Source: a virus
Taxonomy: Duplodnaviria > Heunggongvirae > Uroviricota > Caudoviricetes
DNA: 64,000 nt
Strand: one strand, 5' to 3'
IMG/VR virus record: IMGVR_UViG_3300028800_000057
Shown here: piece after piece, positions 8,434 to 17,985 of the stretch
Layout: each line of letters begins with the position of its first letter
How positions within the stretch are numbered: position 1 is the first letter of the stretch
Position numbers and translations under genes: made by a program
The notes under the pieces: model-generated
Told to the model about the DNA's origin: nothing
Seen by the model: the letters and a program-made list of their open reading frames with translations, nothing else
The model's database searches: none

Positions 8434-9282
8434 CTAGGTGGCTAAATTCATAAGTTGATGCAGGTGCACTTTGAGTTTGCGCTTCGCACGGGACTCCAAC
8501 TGACGAACTCTCTCTCTAGTAACCCCAAGGTCCTTACCTATCTCTTCAAGGGTCTTAGAGTCCTCGTGAAATCTCATGAGGCGGGTTTCAGCAATGTAGC
8601 GCTCCCTCTTGTCAAGGTAGGTCAGGCTCTTCTTGACTATGCTCTTGATTCCAGTGACCTGCCTATTGCTAATAACCAAGTCCTCGGGGCTGTCTCCGTT
8701 GAACTCGAGGGTGTCTCCTAGCGTCGTTTGAGCATCATCGTAGGCTGGTAGATCAGTGGATACATCTGACCACTCCATGACTCTCTTCAACTTACTTAGT
8801 TGAGCTGATGTGATCTTGAGCTTATCCATCAAGTAAGAGTCAGCCTGCTCAGATCTACCATACAGGCTCTCTGCCTTGTTACGCTCCCGCTTGTACTGGT
8901 AGAAGTTATCGCTCCTAACCTTTCCTTGAGTGTGAGTTTCCAAGTGGTAAGCAAGGATCGCATTGTACATAAACGCTTTGATCCAGTAAGATGCATAGGT
9001 TACAAACCTATTGCCCATCTCAGGCTTGAACTTGTCGAAGGCATGCATCAGACCAAGACTACCCTCAGAGACCAGATCATCGGTAGCTATGGGGTAGCGG
9101 CGATACATGATGGCTAGAGCCACCACATGACGCATTGATGCCTCGATGATACGCACCTTGGCTTTAGCATCACCCGCAGTACGCCACTGTTCGAATAGAC
9201 GCAACTCCTCATCAGGATCAAGAGGTGGGGTTCTCTTTGTAACCCTGAAAAGTTTTTCTAACCTGTCATTAACTTGCAACAC
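8434..9282 (-). CDS. Sigma-70 family sigma factor (RpoD/RpoS-like, regions 2-4)
   Basis: Region 2 DLVSEGSLGLMHAFDKFKPEMGNRFVTYASYWIKAFM; region 4 HTH TLEEIGKDLGVTRERVRQLESRAKRKLK. Confidence 0.8.
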   Translation of the reverse strand: MLQVNDRLEKLFRVTKRTPPLDPDEELRLFEQWRTAGDAKAKVRIIEASMRHVVALAIMYRRYPIATDDLVSEGSLGLMHAFDKFKPEMGNRFVTYASYWIKAFMYNAILAYHLETHTQGKVRSDNFYQYKRERNKAESLYGRSEQADSYLMDKLKITSAQLSKLKRVMEWSDVSTDLPAYDDAQTTLGDTLEFNGDSPEDLVISNRQVTGIKSIVKKSLTYLDKRERYIAETRLMRFHEDSKTLEEIGKDLGVTRERVRQLESRAKRKLKVHLHQLMNLAT

Positions 9283-9612
9283 GACACTTTACCAGGGTAC
9301 AAGTACACTAAGCATATTAGGTTGTGCTTCCAACCGCGGGTCGATTATCATCCCGCATTGAATCGATGCTCAGAAGCCCCGAGGCCCATAGAACCCCCTG
9401 AATAAAGCAGATCCATCGCATGGCCTTGTCACGATCCCCCAATCGAACTTGATGTTCAACTTCACTGCACATCCATAGGCAATGGTCAAAAGCACAAGGG
9501 TCCCCTGTCTTTAAGTTCAGTGAAGTGTCACACTTTTGGGCTCGTGCACCTGTAGCCTGAAGTACTTCTTCGTACTTACTCGATATCTTTAGAATTTGCG
9601 TTGGGTCCATAA

Positions 9613-9987
9613 TTGGTGCTATCTTTGGCGCGCGTGTCAGAAGGTCCTAAATCATTCCTAGGTAACGAGTTCAAGGAAGACGACCTTTCGGGGAAGTTTC
9701 TTCCTTGGGCAAATGGGGTTCCCGTCTACGTAACCTCGAGTTCAAGCCCAGGTCAGTACTATCTACCTTGTTTCACTGATATTGATGCCCTCAGGATCTT
9801 TATGCTGAAGGCGCAGGTCTTTGAGTATGAGGTGAAGAGGATCGGGGTCGGAAGTGAGTTTCTGAAGAGCTTTGAGGGGAGTAATATCAAGGTTGTACTG
9901 GATCCGAATCAACTGCCTGATGGAAAGGTTGAGATCGGAGAGTTTCAGCTACCGGCGTCAGATAAGTGGAAGCTCTCTCAGTGCTGA
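9613..9987 (+). CDS. Hypothetical protein
   Basis: 124-aa ORF. Confidence 0.4.
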   Translation: MVLSLARVSEGPKSFLGNEFKEDDLSGKFLPWANGVPVYVTSSSSPGQYYLPCFTDIDALRIFMLKAQVFEYEVKRIGVGSEFLKSFEGSNIKVVLDPNQLPDGKVEIGEFQLPASDKWKLSQC

Positions 9988-10378
9988 CCACACCATCAGG
10001 TAAGTTTCGATCACAAGCGAGCCAGACTGTATGCGGTTGCTCAAGTCCATTGTAGTCGACGAGGAACTGAATCGCCCCCCAAACCTCCTGGTACTTCCCT
10101 GGAAGCACATCGAGTCGAATCACATCTTTAGCGTGACGCTGAAGAAGTTCCATTGACCTCACGTTTACCCACACTTTATCAACATCTCTGGGGATAGCCG
10201 CGAGCATCTCGTTGACAATCGGCGGCCTGAGGTTCTGTATGATCAATTCTAGCTCTTTAACCCGACGCCATAGGATCACTTCTTCTCTGGTGGCCTCGTG
10301 ACTCTCACACTGTGAGTGGTGGTAGGCTTTACTGATGAAGGATTCGTATTCATCCAGCTTGAAGTCGAGTAGGGCCAT
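9887..10378 (-). CDS. Hypothetical protein
   Basis: 163-aa ORF; its 3' end overlaps the previous gene convergently. Confidence 0.4.
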   Translation of the reverse strand: MALLDFKLDEYESFISKAYHHSQCESHEATREEVILWRRVKELELIIQNLRPPIVNEMLAAIPRDVDKVWVNVRSMELLQRHAKDVIRLDVLPGKYQEVWGAIQFLVDYNGLEQPHTVWLACDRNLPDGVVSTERASTYLTPVAETLRSQPFHQAVDSDPVQP

Positions 10379-10419
10379 CTAAGTTGGTTACACCGCGGAT
10401 GGCCCTACTCGACACTTGG

Positions 10420-10647
10420 TCACCGGCCCTTCTTCTTGGCAACCTTGACTGTCTCAACTGTCGTAGTCTTGGGTCGCTTCTTGGCTTCTGTCACCGGGAT
10501 GAACTCGCCACTCCCAGAGTCTCGACCAATCTTTTTCACCTTTACTGTACTAACTTTGGCTTTAGGCATAGAGCCGTCCTTTCGTCCGATTAGTACACCG
10601 GATACCCAAACGGATTTTAGCCTACAGTGGCACTTTGCCAAACTCAA
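10420..10647 (-). CDS. Small lysine-rich basic protein (possible DNA-binding)
   Basis: 75 aa, KAKVSTVKVKK...KRPKTTTVETVKVAKKKGR. Confidence 0.35.
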   Translation of the reverse strand: MSLAKCHCRLKSVWVSGVLIGRKDGSMPKAKVSTVKVKKIGRDSGSGEFIPVTEAKKRPKTTTVETVKVAKKKGR

Positions 10648-10666
10648 AGTTATTTTGACAATTAAG

Positions 10667-10694
10667 TTGAGTTATCGAGTCGTCGTGCGTAATA
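10667..10694 (+). promoter_or_regulatory. Conserved phage promoter (TTGAGT-N16-GTAATA) upstream of ATG 10704; a consensus TTGACA lies at 10655-10660
   Basis: Family consensus with the CGTGC element; predicted TSS 3 nt before the ATG. Confidence 0.5.
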
Positions 10695-10703
10695 ACGTGT
10701 TGC

Positions 10704-11843
10704 ATGACGACCCCTATTACCCGTTGGATAGCTGGAACTGGACGAGTCACACCTGTCATAATCCTTGAGGCAGGTACCGGGGGGCAGAACTTGGCTTTTG
10801 TACCTCCTGACCCAGTAGTAGTCCGATCCATAACAGACTATTTTGAATTTGTGGCCAGCGAGAGCGCTCTATTTACAGATAAGGGTTTGGCTATCGAGGA
10901 ATCCCGACGTCTACAGGACGAGGAGATCTTGAAGGCAAAGAAGCTCCTTGCGCAAATTGAGCGCAGGGAAGTACTGGAGGCCCGAGCTCTGGAGATTAGT
11001 GCCCTGGAGGTTAGTGCCCTGGAGATTAGTGAGGATATTGATACAAGTCCTCCCCAACCTGTGGTAAAGATGTCACAAGAGAGTAGCGATACTCTCAAGC
11101 CGCCAGTGGAGGTTGTTGTTGTGACCAAGAAGAGTACCCCAGAAGAAACCGAGATACCCGTAACTTTGCTGGCACGAATCCTATATGTCATAGGAAGGGA
11201 AACCCTAGGTTTTGACGAGATCTGCCAGCGACTTCAGGCAAGAACCTGGATGCCCAAGCGCCGGAGCTCGGTGAGCAATGTCCTCAGTGGGTACAAGAAC
11301 ATGTTCCACTGCCCGGTTAAGAGTATCTACTCTTTGCGCAACAAGCCCAAGGTATCTCCGGTCGAGAGAGACGAGGTTACTCTTCAGGGAGAAAGCGAAG
11401 CTGAATCGACGTCCGAAGGTTACCAGGACCAGGACCAGGACCAGGACCATGGTACTAATCCAATGATTTTGGAAGCTGAGTATGAAGTAGTGGATGAGGG
11501 TTTGGGTAAGTCTGACGAGCCTGAGGAGCCTGAGGAGCAAGAAACCCCCGTGGAAACCCACACGGTTGACGACGAGCCCCCGTCAGAGTACGACACCTGG
11601 ATGGGCATGCCTATGACCAGCCTGAGCCCAACACGAGCCCATTACCATGACGAGGATCTAGTCCTGGCCGAGAAGAGTAATGGTGACGGTGAGTGGACAG
11701 CTGAGATCCATGTCGAAGGGCTCGCTCTGTGGTTTGAGGGTAGCGCGGGAGATCGTCTGAGAGCGCGCGAGTTGGCGCAAAACAAGCTCAACAAGCAGAC
11801 TGAATCCATTGAAAGCAGACTCGAGAGACTTCAGGGTCTGTAA
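10704..11843 (+). CDS. Acidic low-complexity repeat protein
   Basis: 379 aa; in-frame tandem nucleotide repeats encode LEISALEVSALEIS (10981-11030), QDQDQDQD (11426-11450) and EPEEPEEQE (11518-11540). Confidence 0.55.
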   Translation: MTTPITRWIAGTGRVTPVIILEAGTGGQNLAFVPPDPVVVRSITDYFEFVASESALFTDKGLAIEESRRLQDEEILKAKKLLAQIERREVLEARALEISALEVSALEISEDIDTSPPQPVVKMSQESSDTLKPPVEVVVVTKKSTPEETEIPVTLLARILYVIGRETLGFDEICQRLQARTWMPKRRSSVSNVLSGYKNMFHCPVKSIYSLRNKPKVSPVERDEVTLQGESEAESTSEGYQDQDQDQDHGTNPMILEAEYEVVDEGLGKSDEPEEPEEQETPVETHTVDDEPPSEYDTWMGMPMTSLSPTRAHYHDEDLVLAEKSNGDGEWTAEIHVEGLALWFEGSAGDRLRARELAQNKLNKQTESIESRLERLQGL

Positions 11844-12063
11844 CATGCCGACAGTGCACATACCAAATAGTTCTGAGAGTGTATTTGTTATCGGAACTCA
11901 GGATGATGCCGACAAGACGCAAGCAATACTCGACGCCCGTCATGCCTTCATACAGAGGTACTGTAAAGAGCAAGGGTGGCCTGAGGACGAAGATAAGCTA
12001 TCAATCCAGCAGATTCTACAGATCAGACAACAAGACGGCTGGAAGAACCCAACCCTAGCGTAG
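11809..12063 (+). CDS. Hypothetical small protein
   Basis: 84-aa ORF. Confidence 0.35.
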   Translation: MKADSRDFRVCNMPTVHIPNSSESVFVIGTQDDADKTQAILDARHAFIQRYCKEQGWPEDEDKLSIQQILQIRQQDGWKNPTLA

Positions 12064-12071
12064 AGTTTTAG

Positions 12072-12100
12072 TTGAGATCCGCATACCCTTGCGCGTAATA
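12072..12100 (+). promoter_or_regulatory. Conserved phage promoter (TTGAGA-N17-GTAATA); predicted TSS at ATG 12107 (leaderless)
   Basis: -10 end plus 7 nt is 12107, the A of the ATG. Confidence 0.55.
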
Positions 12101-12106
12101 GCGGGT

Positions 12107-12376
12107 ATGTTCATGCTCCTTGTTGACCAAAACCCATTGAGATCACGAGTCGAACTGGCAAGCTGCCTCCTAGTCGAGGCGTCTACCAGTGGTTCCAATC
12201 AGGACCTGTACTTGGAAGAGGCTTGGTGGCATATTGAATGGGCCCTCAAGCTCATAAAAGCAGAAGCTCGTCCAGACCCTCTTGCCCTTGAGGCTCTGGA
12301 CGAGCTTCTGCCTGTCTACCAGTACCTGTGTTGGGTTATGCAGGATGAGATTCAGGAGTCATCTGCGCAGACCTGA
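12107..12376 (+). CDS. Hypothetical protein
   Basis: The track ORF 12089-12376 uses an upstream TTG; the ATG at 12107 sits at the leaderless start. Confidence 0.45.
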   Translation: MFMLLVDQNPLRSRVELASCLLVEASTSGSNQDLYLEEAWWHIEWALKLIKAEARPDPLALEALDELLPVYQYLCWVMQDEIQESSAQT

Positions 12377-12696
12377 GCTTATCTACCTTGTCCCAGGAGA
12401 CCGTGTAGGCTGGATGGCGCTTTTCAGCTCCCTCCGTCTTCCAATGGACTCGAAGTCCTTTATGAGTAGCCAATAACGTGACTTTGGTTCCGTTTCGGTA
12501 AGTGTGCGTGTGTTTAGTTGCCTTTGCCATAAGGCATTGTACACCGTGGCTCGTAGTGTTCGAGATAGTTAGGCTTGAGGGGTATCTAAAAAGCGTAGAG
12601 AGGCAACCTCAAAAGCTCTACCTACGCTTTGAATTACAGCAAGATCGTTCACCACGGGGTAAGCAAGATATAATCTTCTTGTAACCTAGGTGCTTT

Positions 12697-13059
12697 ATGT
12701 CAGACCCAGAACTTCGGAGGGCGGCGACCCTATCCCCCTTGGCTAAGCGTGTTCTTTTGACGTTTGATCACATAGACGCCAAGACGGGCAAGGGGAACTA
12801 TGTTACCCTTTACGCTTTGAGGGAAGCGTTGCCTGGGGTACCCCGTGGGGATTTTGACCAGGCGGTCAATGAGCTTAGGATAGCTCGTAAGGTAAGTTTG
12901 GACTCAGCTGATGGGCGGCATGTGAGGATATCCCCTGCGGAGCAAGCAGCTGCCATAGTGGAGGATGGGGACAGGCTTGTGTACATGGCGCGAAGATCGT
13001 CGATCACCGCCTCAGACATAGTTCAGAGGGTGGCGGCTAGGTTTATTCGAAGTACCTAG
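12697..13059 (+). CDS. Hypothetical protein
   Basis: 120-aa ORF; a TATAAT-like element at 12668-12673 lies upstream. Confidence 0.45.
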   Translation: MSDPELRRAATLSPLAKRVLLTFDHIDAKTGKGNYVTLYALREALPGVPRGDFDQAVNELRIARKVSLDSADGRHVRISPAEQAAAIVEDGDRLVYMARRSSITASDIVQRVAARFIRST

Positions 13060-13248
13060 AGATCCAACTCATCGAGCTATTATTCACTCTATAAGGTGGA
13101 GTTTAATTCCTAGTAGAGTGATGTATTTGTCAATGATTCCACCTTGTTGGGTAGAGTCGTTAACCTATTTTACCAGTAGGTTTTCGTCAATAGTATGTGT
13201 TTGGCCCCTAGGCTGAAGTTAGAGGTTTTTTGAAAAAGTCAACCTTTT

Positions 13249-14034
13249 ATGAGTTTTGGGGGTTGTAGTCTCTCATACTTTGATCCACTATTGCTTGGAA
13301 CTGCCGCTAAAGGCTCAACAAGGAAAACAGTTATGGCAATCATGAATCAGAAGTTCAATAAAACAGAGTTCATCCGAGCTCGCCCTAACATGAAACCCAT
13401 TGATATCGTGGGGGAGGCAGCAAAACTAGGTCAGAATATTCGAATCAACTTCATCTGGACTATTCGAAGCAATGACCGTAAGGCGGCCGGCATCAGCAAG
13501 AAGGTTGCCAAGAAGGTTGCCAAGAAGAACGCGGCCCCCGTCGTGCAACCTGTCGAAGCTGAAGCTGAATCAACCTTCAACAAGTCGGACTTTATCCGCA
13601 AGCGCCCCAACAAGTCTGCGGCTGACATCTCTATCGAGGCTGAAGCACTCGGGCAGGACATTCCACCCCAGATGGTTTGGAGCATTCGGAGCGCCGACAA
13701 GAAGAAGGCTTCGGAGGAACCTGTTCCAGCTAAGAGGGTTGCCAAGGCTAAGAAGGTTGCCAAGAAGGTCTCCAAGAGGGTTGCTGTCAAACCAGTGGTT
13801 GCCAAAGCTGCCCAGGCTAAGAAGGTTGCCAAGAAGGTTGCCAAGAAGGTTGCCAAGAAGGTATCACCACCGGTATTTATGCAACCTACCAAGATTCCAA
13901 TGGTCACAGGGTCGTCAGCTTTTGCTCAGGCCCGCAATGGGAATAGAGTTACTCTGGTCGTCTTCGATCCACGTGATCCGAAAGCAGTCAAAGCTGCTAC
14001 TGCCGCAATGAGGGAAGCAGTCGCTCACGCATAA
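13249..14034 (+). CDS. Histone H1-like lysine/alanine-repeat protein with an internal domain duplication
   Basis: Several runs of KKVAKKVAKK encoded by 12-bp tandem repeats (AAGAAGGTTGCC)n. Two copies of an about 45-aa module: FIRARPNMKPIDIVGEAAKLGQNI...IWTIRSNDRK and FIRKRPNKSAADISIEAEALGQDI...VWSIRSADKK. Confidence 0.55.
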   Translation: MSFGGCSLSYFDPLLLGTAAKGSTRKTVMAIMNQKFNKTEFIRARPNMKPIDIVGEAAKLGQNIRINFIWTIRSNDRKAAGISKKVAKKVAKKNAAPVVQPVEAEAESTFNKSDFIRKRPNKSAADISIEAEALGQDIPPQMVWSIRSADKKKASEEPVPAKRVAKAKKVAKKVSKRVAVKPVVAKAAQAKKVAKKVAKKVAKKVSPPVFMQPTKIPMVTGSSAFAQARNGNRVTLVVFDPRDPKAVKAATAAMREAVAHA

Positions 14035-14152
14035 TCCAACCAGTGGTAACGTTCCAGCCTCCGAGAATGTCTTCGGAGGCTGATGCGTTTAATGGGTAAG
14101 AAACCGGCCAGTCAAATACTAACTACTGGTTGAATTAGTAGCAAATTAGTAG

Positions 14153-14181
14153 TTGAGAACTGGTGCAATCTGCGCGTAATA
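14153..14181 (+). promoter_or_regulatory. Conserved phage promoter (TTGAGA-N17-GTAATA); leaderless start at ATG 14188
   Basis: -10 end plus 7 nt is 14188. Confidence 0.55.
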
Positions 14182-14187
14182 GTAGGC

Positions 14188-14457
14188 ATGGATACCCAAG
14201 CACCCAGCAGATCTCAAGTACTCCCTACAATCACTATCGGTGGGACCTCACGGAATACATTGCTTGACGACACCTCAGATGCCCTCAATGCGCTTCGTGA
14301 CGCACTCCGTGCTCTATCTGTTACGACCCCTAACGCACGCGACTATCCGAACCCTGGGGACATAGGACTAGCGATGACTCAGTACCTCGACCGCAAGCGA
14401 CGGATCGAATCGGTGATCACTGAGCTCGAAGTTCTTGCTGAGCACATTGTTGAGTGA
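14188..14457 (+). CDS. Hypothetical protein
   Basis: 89-aa ORF at the leaderless start. Confidence 0.5.
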   Translation: MDTQAPSRSQVLPTITIGGTSRNTLLDDTSDALNALRDALRALSVTTPNARDYPNPGDIGLAMTQYLDRKRRIESVITELEVLAEHIVE

Positions 14458-14561
14458 GCCATGGGAGATGCGCTAGCTAAGGTTTTTGGTGTATTCATCC
14501 TAGTTATATGGTTAGTGTATTGGGTAGTTGATAATCTGATCCAGTTACTTGGAGGTTAAGT

Positions 14562-14882
14562 ATGCCGACTCGAGATATGGACCAAGATCACCATCGTATC
14601 AAAGGACATCCAACTTCAGAGGGTCAAGAGCAGGCCCCGTTGATGTTGCCCTACACACCTTTGCCAACCGAGATCATCCCCGCTGACAATAAATGCAGTG
14701 TCCATCTATTTGTAGGTGGGATCAATGCAATGACTGCCGAATTCATCCAAGAGGTTCAGAAAACTGATGGATCAATCAAACTAACTGAGAGTGAGTGGGT
14801 TGAGCGATACTCTCAGTTCGTTACCTTGACTCAAGACAAATGGGTGAAGCGGTTTGCTAACTTTTTAGCAAGGTCTAGGTAG
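14562..14882 (+). CDS. Hypothetical protein
   Basis: 106-aa ORF with the SD-like GGAGGTTAAGT just upstream. Confidence 0.45.
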   Translation: MPTRDMDQDHHRIKGHPTSEGQEQAPLMLPYTPLPTEIIPADNKCSVHLFVGGINAMTAEFIQEVQKTDGSIKLTESEWVERYSQFVTLTQDKWVKRFANFLARSR

Positions 14883-14912
14883 TCGGTAATCCTTTAGTCT
14901 GGACTCAATAGT

Positions 14913-15353
14913 ATGACTCACGACCCGCTCATCCAAAAAATAGCTGCAAGGTTCGCCGCTGAAGGTGGTGGGTCTGAAGAGTTCATCAAGGCTGTTGAGT
15001 CTCACTTGAATCTTCAGGGTCGTCAGATCCGATTCGATAATGAATCGAGGCTCGCCGGTAATCGTTACGATACTGTGTTCGTCAACTTCATCAACATGCC
15101 CACTGGGCATGGAAGAGGTGGTGGGGCCGAAGCTGAGAACAACAGGATGTCTTTTTTCATCGAGGGTTTCGGAAAAGAGACTCCCCACAGCCCGCCTCCG
15201 ACCGGCAAAGTCAAGATTGAGATGCGAGTCTCATCCCTTCCCCGAGAGTACAAGCTTCGAGGGAAGACGGGGACTCCCGCGCAGGTGGCAAAGTATCTGG
15301 CTGACTTCCTGAACAATGTGGTCAAGAACGTCGAGCCTAAGCTGCAGCCCTGA
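14913..15353 (+). CDS. Hypothetical protein
   Basis: 146-aa ORF. Confidence 0.45.
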   Translation: MTHDPLIQKIAARFAAEGGGSEEFIKAVESHLNLQGRQIRFDNESRLAGNRYDTVFVNFINMPTGHGRGGGAEAENNRMSFFIEGFGKETPHSPPPTGKVKIEMRVSSLPREYKLRGKTGTPAQVAKYLADFLNNVVKNVEPKLQP

Positions 15354-15617
15354 TCAGATCACCGGCTTGCGTTCGTATCTAGAGGTTCTCGACGTTGGTG
15401 GTGGGTCATCGGATAGTCGATTCCGATTCAATAGTCCCATCGGTTGAATGTGGCCTTCAATGAAGGCGCTCATGCGCTTCCATTGCTCTTTATCATAGTC
15501 GGCCGTTCCGACGGCTTTAGTCCACAGGGTGTGGAGAAGATGGTGAATCTCTTGGTCAGTTTCCATGTATGTAAGTGTACTCTTACTGACTACAGGTGTC
15601 AAGTGGTCAGCTACCAC
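15354..15617 (-). CDS. Hypothetical protein with C-terminal RYERKPVI tag
   Basis: Ends ...TSRTSRYERKPVI*. Confidence 0.45.
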   Translation of the reverse strand: MVADHLTPVVSKSTLTYMETDQEIHHLLHTLWTKAVGTADYDKEQWKRMSAFIEGHIQPMGLLNRNRLSDDPPPTSRTSRYERKPVI

Positions 15618-15700
15618 TCTACGGGACGCCAGCGGAACTGTTAAGCTTCTGTACTCAGTCTTTGACTTCTCCGATACTTTTCAAGTATAAGGTGTAAGGT

Positions 15701-15868
15701 ATGGCAGTAGTAACCGAAGCCCATCGAGCCTTAGCCCATCAAGTATTCATGATGGGTGAGTTACACGGTCAATCTGAGCTGAAGAGAGCTATTGCTCAGG
15801 CAATAGCGGATGCTGAAGAGCGTGGCACCCAAACAATGACTCTGAACCAAAAAAGAAAGACAGAGTAG
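15701..15868 (+). CDS. Hypothetical small protein (55 aa), not in the ORF track
   Basis: An ATG preceded by the SD AAGGTGTAAGGT encodes MAVVTEAHRALAHQVFMMGELHGQSELKRAIAQAIADAEERGTQTMTLNQKRKTE; it fills a gap before 15873. Confidence 0.3.
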   Translation: MAVVTEAHRALAHQVFMMGELHGQSELKRAIAQAIADAEERGTQTMTLNQKRKTE

Positions 15869-15872
15869 AGGA

Positions 15873-16076
15873 ATGGACGTAATCACACCCCCACCCAGAC
15901 CTGACAACGACATCCCATCCATCTTCACCGAGGAGGGAAAGCAACAGGCTTTCAAAGCCATCGATAAGGGATTCAGATACGCCAAGTTTGCTTTCTTCGG
16001 TGTCCTTGGGCTAGGGTTGTCTCTTGCAGTCCTGGTGATCTATATTGCGTTCCACTTCATCCAAAAGGGATGGTAG
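15873..16076 (+). CDS. Small membrane protein
   Basis: 67 aa with a C-terminal TM helix (FAFFGVLGLGLSLAVLVIYIAF); GAGGA SD upstream. Confidence 0.4.
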   Translation: MDVITPPPRPDNDIPSIFTEEGKQQAFKAIDKGFRYAKFAFFGVLGLGLSLAVLVIYIAFHFIQKGW

Positions 16077-16100
16077 CCACTTCGGTGTACTCAGGTACCC

Positions 16101-16802
16101 ATGGGCTATTCAATATCCATTAGAGTCAGCTCTACCAAACTACGTAAGAGGATGCTTCTTTCTATGGAGAAGAACTTCCGTCGTTGGTGCGCTGTCTGTG
16201 GGGTTAAACCTGATGAGTGGAATGGGTCGGCAAGTAACCCCACTGAGGATATATTTGATCGACCCAAGTCTATAGGGTTTCACTACCAATCAGGAATGTA
16301 CGGGTTCGAGCGCGACTACATATACAGTGTGCTTCGCTGGATGGCTATCAAGGTTGGTGATCGTAAGTTGAAGATGAAGACAGATGAGACGGATGAAGGG
16401 CAGGAAGTTGTTACATTTCCAGAGCCAGTCCCTTACTACAACTACGACGGTGACCCAGTTTTCACCCCGATCTTAGTTGTCACTGAAGAGCAAGCTGCAG
16501 CTCTTACTAAGAACCACCGTCATTGGGCAGTCGACGAGTGGGGGATTAGAATTGGACCGACTGTAGCTGATAGCCAGATCATGTCGTGTATGGGGGTGTT
16601 TAGACCGAACGGGCCAGCTATCTTAGCTGAATCAAAAGCTCTTGGAGAGTTACCAAAAGAAGAGGGGCCGGAGAGGGAATCCTGGTTTGATAAGCGACGA
16701 GTGATCTACCTCAAGTACCTGAAGCCCGAGATTGACGAGAACATTAGTCTCATTCGGAAAGAGATCCAACGACTAGACCAGTTATGGACAGGTAAGGTAT
16801 GA
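16101..16802 (+). CDS. Hypothetical protein
   Basis: 233-aa ORF. Confidence 0.5.
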   Translation: MGYSISIRVSSTKLRKRMLLSMEKNFRRWCAVCGVKPDEWNGSASNPTEDIFDRPKSIGFHYQSGMYGFERDYIYSVLRWMAIKVGDRKLKMKTDETDEGQEVVTFPEPVPYYNYDGDPVFTPILVVTEEQAAALTKNHRHWAVDEWGIRIGPTVADSQIMSCMGVFRPNGPAILAESKALGELPKEEGPERESWFDKRRVIYLKYLKPEIDENISLIRKEIQRLDQLWTGKV

Positions 16803-17158
16803 TCTCCACCACCTGCTCCCACGCCATTCTGGTTGCCATTGGACTCTTCCCTGTTCAATCAGCAATTCTGGAGTCCTACGAAAGTCACTGGGAAAACCTA
16901 CCTCAGGAGATGACTTCAATCTGGGAGTTCATCACCGAGGTTGATAACGATCGGATCAGCCTTTGGGAGTTGTTCCCTGAGCTCCCTACAAATCCAGGGT
17001 TCTGGGTCTGGGAAGGGACCCTCACCCTTGACGAAGACAACGAACCAACCTCTGTGGCCTTTAGTGGCCAATGGCGCCGAGCTACGCTAGGTGAAGTTAC
17101 TGCATGGGACGAAAGCACTCGTTCCATCTTTGATAGACTGACTAACGAAAATGCCTGA
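16799..17158 (+). CDS. Hypothetical protein
   Basis: 119-aa ORF with ATGA stop/start overlap to its neighbours. Confidence 0.45.
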   Translation: MISTTCSHAILVAIGLFPVQSAILESYESHWENLPQEMTSIWEFITEVDNDRISLWELFPELPTNPGFWVWEGTLTLDEDNEPTSVAFSGQWRRATLGEVTAWDESTRSIFDRLTNENA

Positions 17159-17528
17159 CCTACTCAACGATGATGTATCTCAAACCTCCACTCACTCTTC
17201 TGCGGGTGGTCCTGTAGTCCTGGACGAAACTCGACTTGATACCGACTGGGACAGCATGACTTTACTATTGAGTGATATGAGGCGGTTCGCCAAGGATCAC
17301 CCAAACCACAAGTTCATGTGTTCCGACGACCCTGGCTTCAATCACAAGCCACCAAGGATTCCCCGACTAGGTTGGTCTGCTTTCCTTGAGGTAGGCTCCG
17401 GCGAAGATGAGCAGGCCAAGCACTGGACCATTACTTTCAGTAGGGCAAGCAGGTACATTCAGGACAACCCAACCCTTAGTGTTGCCGAGGGTCGTCAGAA
17501 GATGCTCGAAACTCTCAGGGGTGAGTAA
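17151..17528 (+). CDS. Hypothetical protein
   Basis: 125-aa ORF. Confidence 0.45.
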   Translation: MPDLLNDDVSQTSTHSSAGGPVVLDETRLDTDWDSMTLLLSDMRRFAKDHPNHKFMCSDDPGFNHKPPRIPRLGWSAFLEVGSGEDEQAKHWTITFSRASRYIQDNPTLSVAEGRQKMLETLRGE

Positions 17529-17533
17529 TGGGT

Positions 17534-17947
17534 TCAGCAGAGCCCAGCATCGTTTCTGGGAATTGACGAGATCGCCATCGCGGCCATTCGGGTATCGGGC
17601 AAGCACACCATGAACCAGAAGCTCAAGTACCCTGGTACCTCTGAACCGAAAGACGCTACTTCCGAGGATGGCTGGGACATCAGGGACTTCATCTCTTCTG
17701 GGGCTTCAGGATCTGAAAGAACTGCTGACCGTTCCAGTTGATACAGGGTTTGGTCCACCGTGTTCAAGTAGATGACGAGGTCCTTCACTCCTTTGCTTTT
17801 GGCTTCGAGTACCGCCATTATGACTTGGTCATCCAAGTAAGGGGCCAAGAGAGTACTGACTTCAATAGCCAACTCGCTTGGATTCGAGTCGGTTGGGATC
17901 ATCTGGGTCGGCTGTACCATGGTTACTCCAACGCCCCTATCAAACAA
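17534..17947 (-). CDS. Hypothetical protein
   Basis: 137-aa ORF. Confidence 0.4.
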   Translation of the reverse strand: MFDRGVGVTMVQPTQMIPTDSNPSELAIEVSTLLAPYLDDQVIMAVLEAKSKGVKDLVIYLNTVDQTLYQLERSAVLSDPEAPEEMKSLMSQPSSEVASFGSEVPGYLSFWFMVCLPDTRMAAMAISSIPRNDAGLC

Positions 17948-17985
17948 TTGTCAACAAGCGGTCGCTTGTGGTATAAATTCTGCCT

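Noticed and set aside
13431-14011. Overlapping alternative-frame ORFs (13431-13907 minus, 13472-14011 plus) inside the KKVA-repeat gene
   Set aside because: They arise from the 12-bp tandem repeats reading open in several frames (the LATF and RRLP repeats). The frame giving KKVAKK plus the duplicated module is the coherent one.
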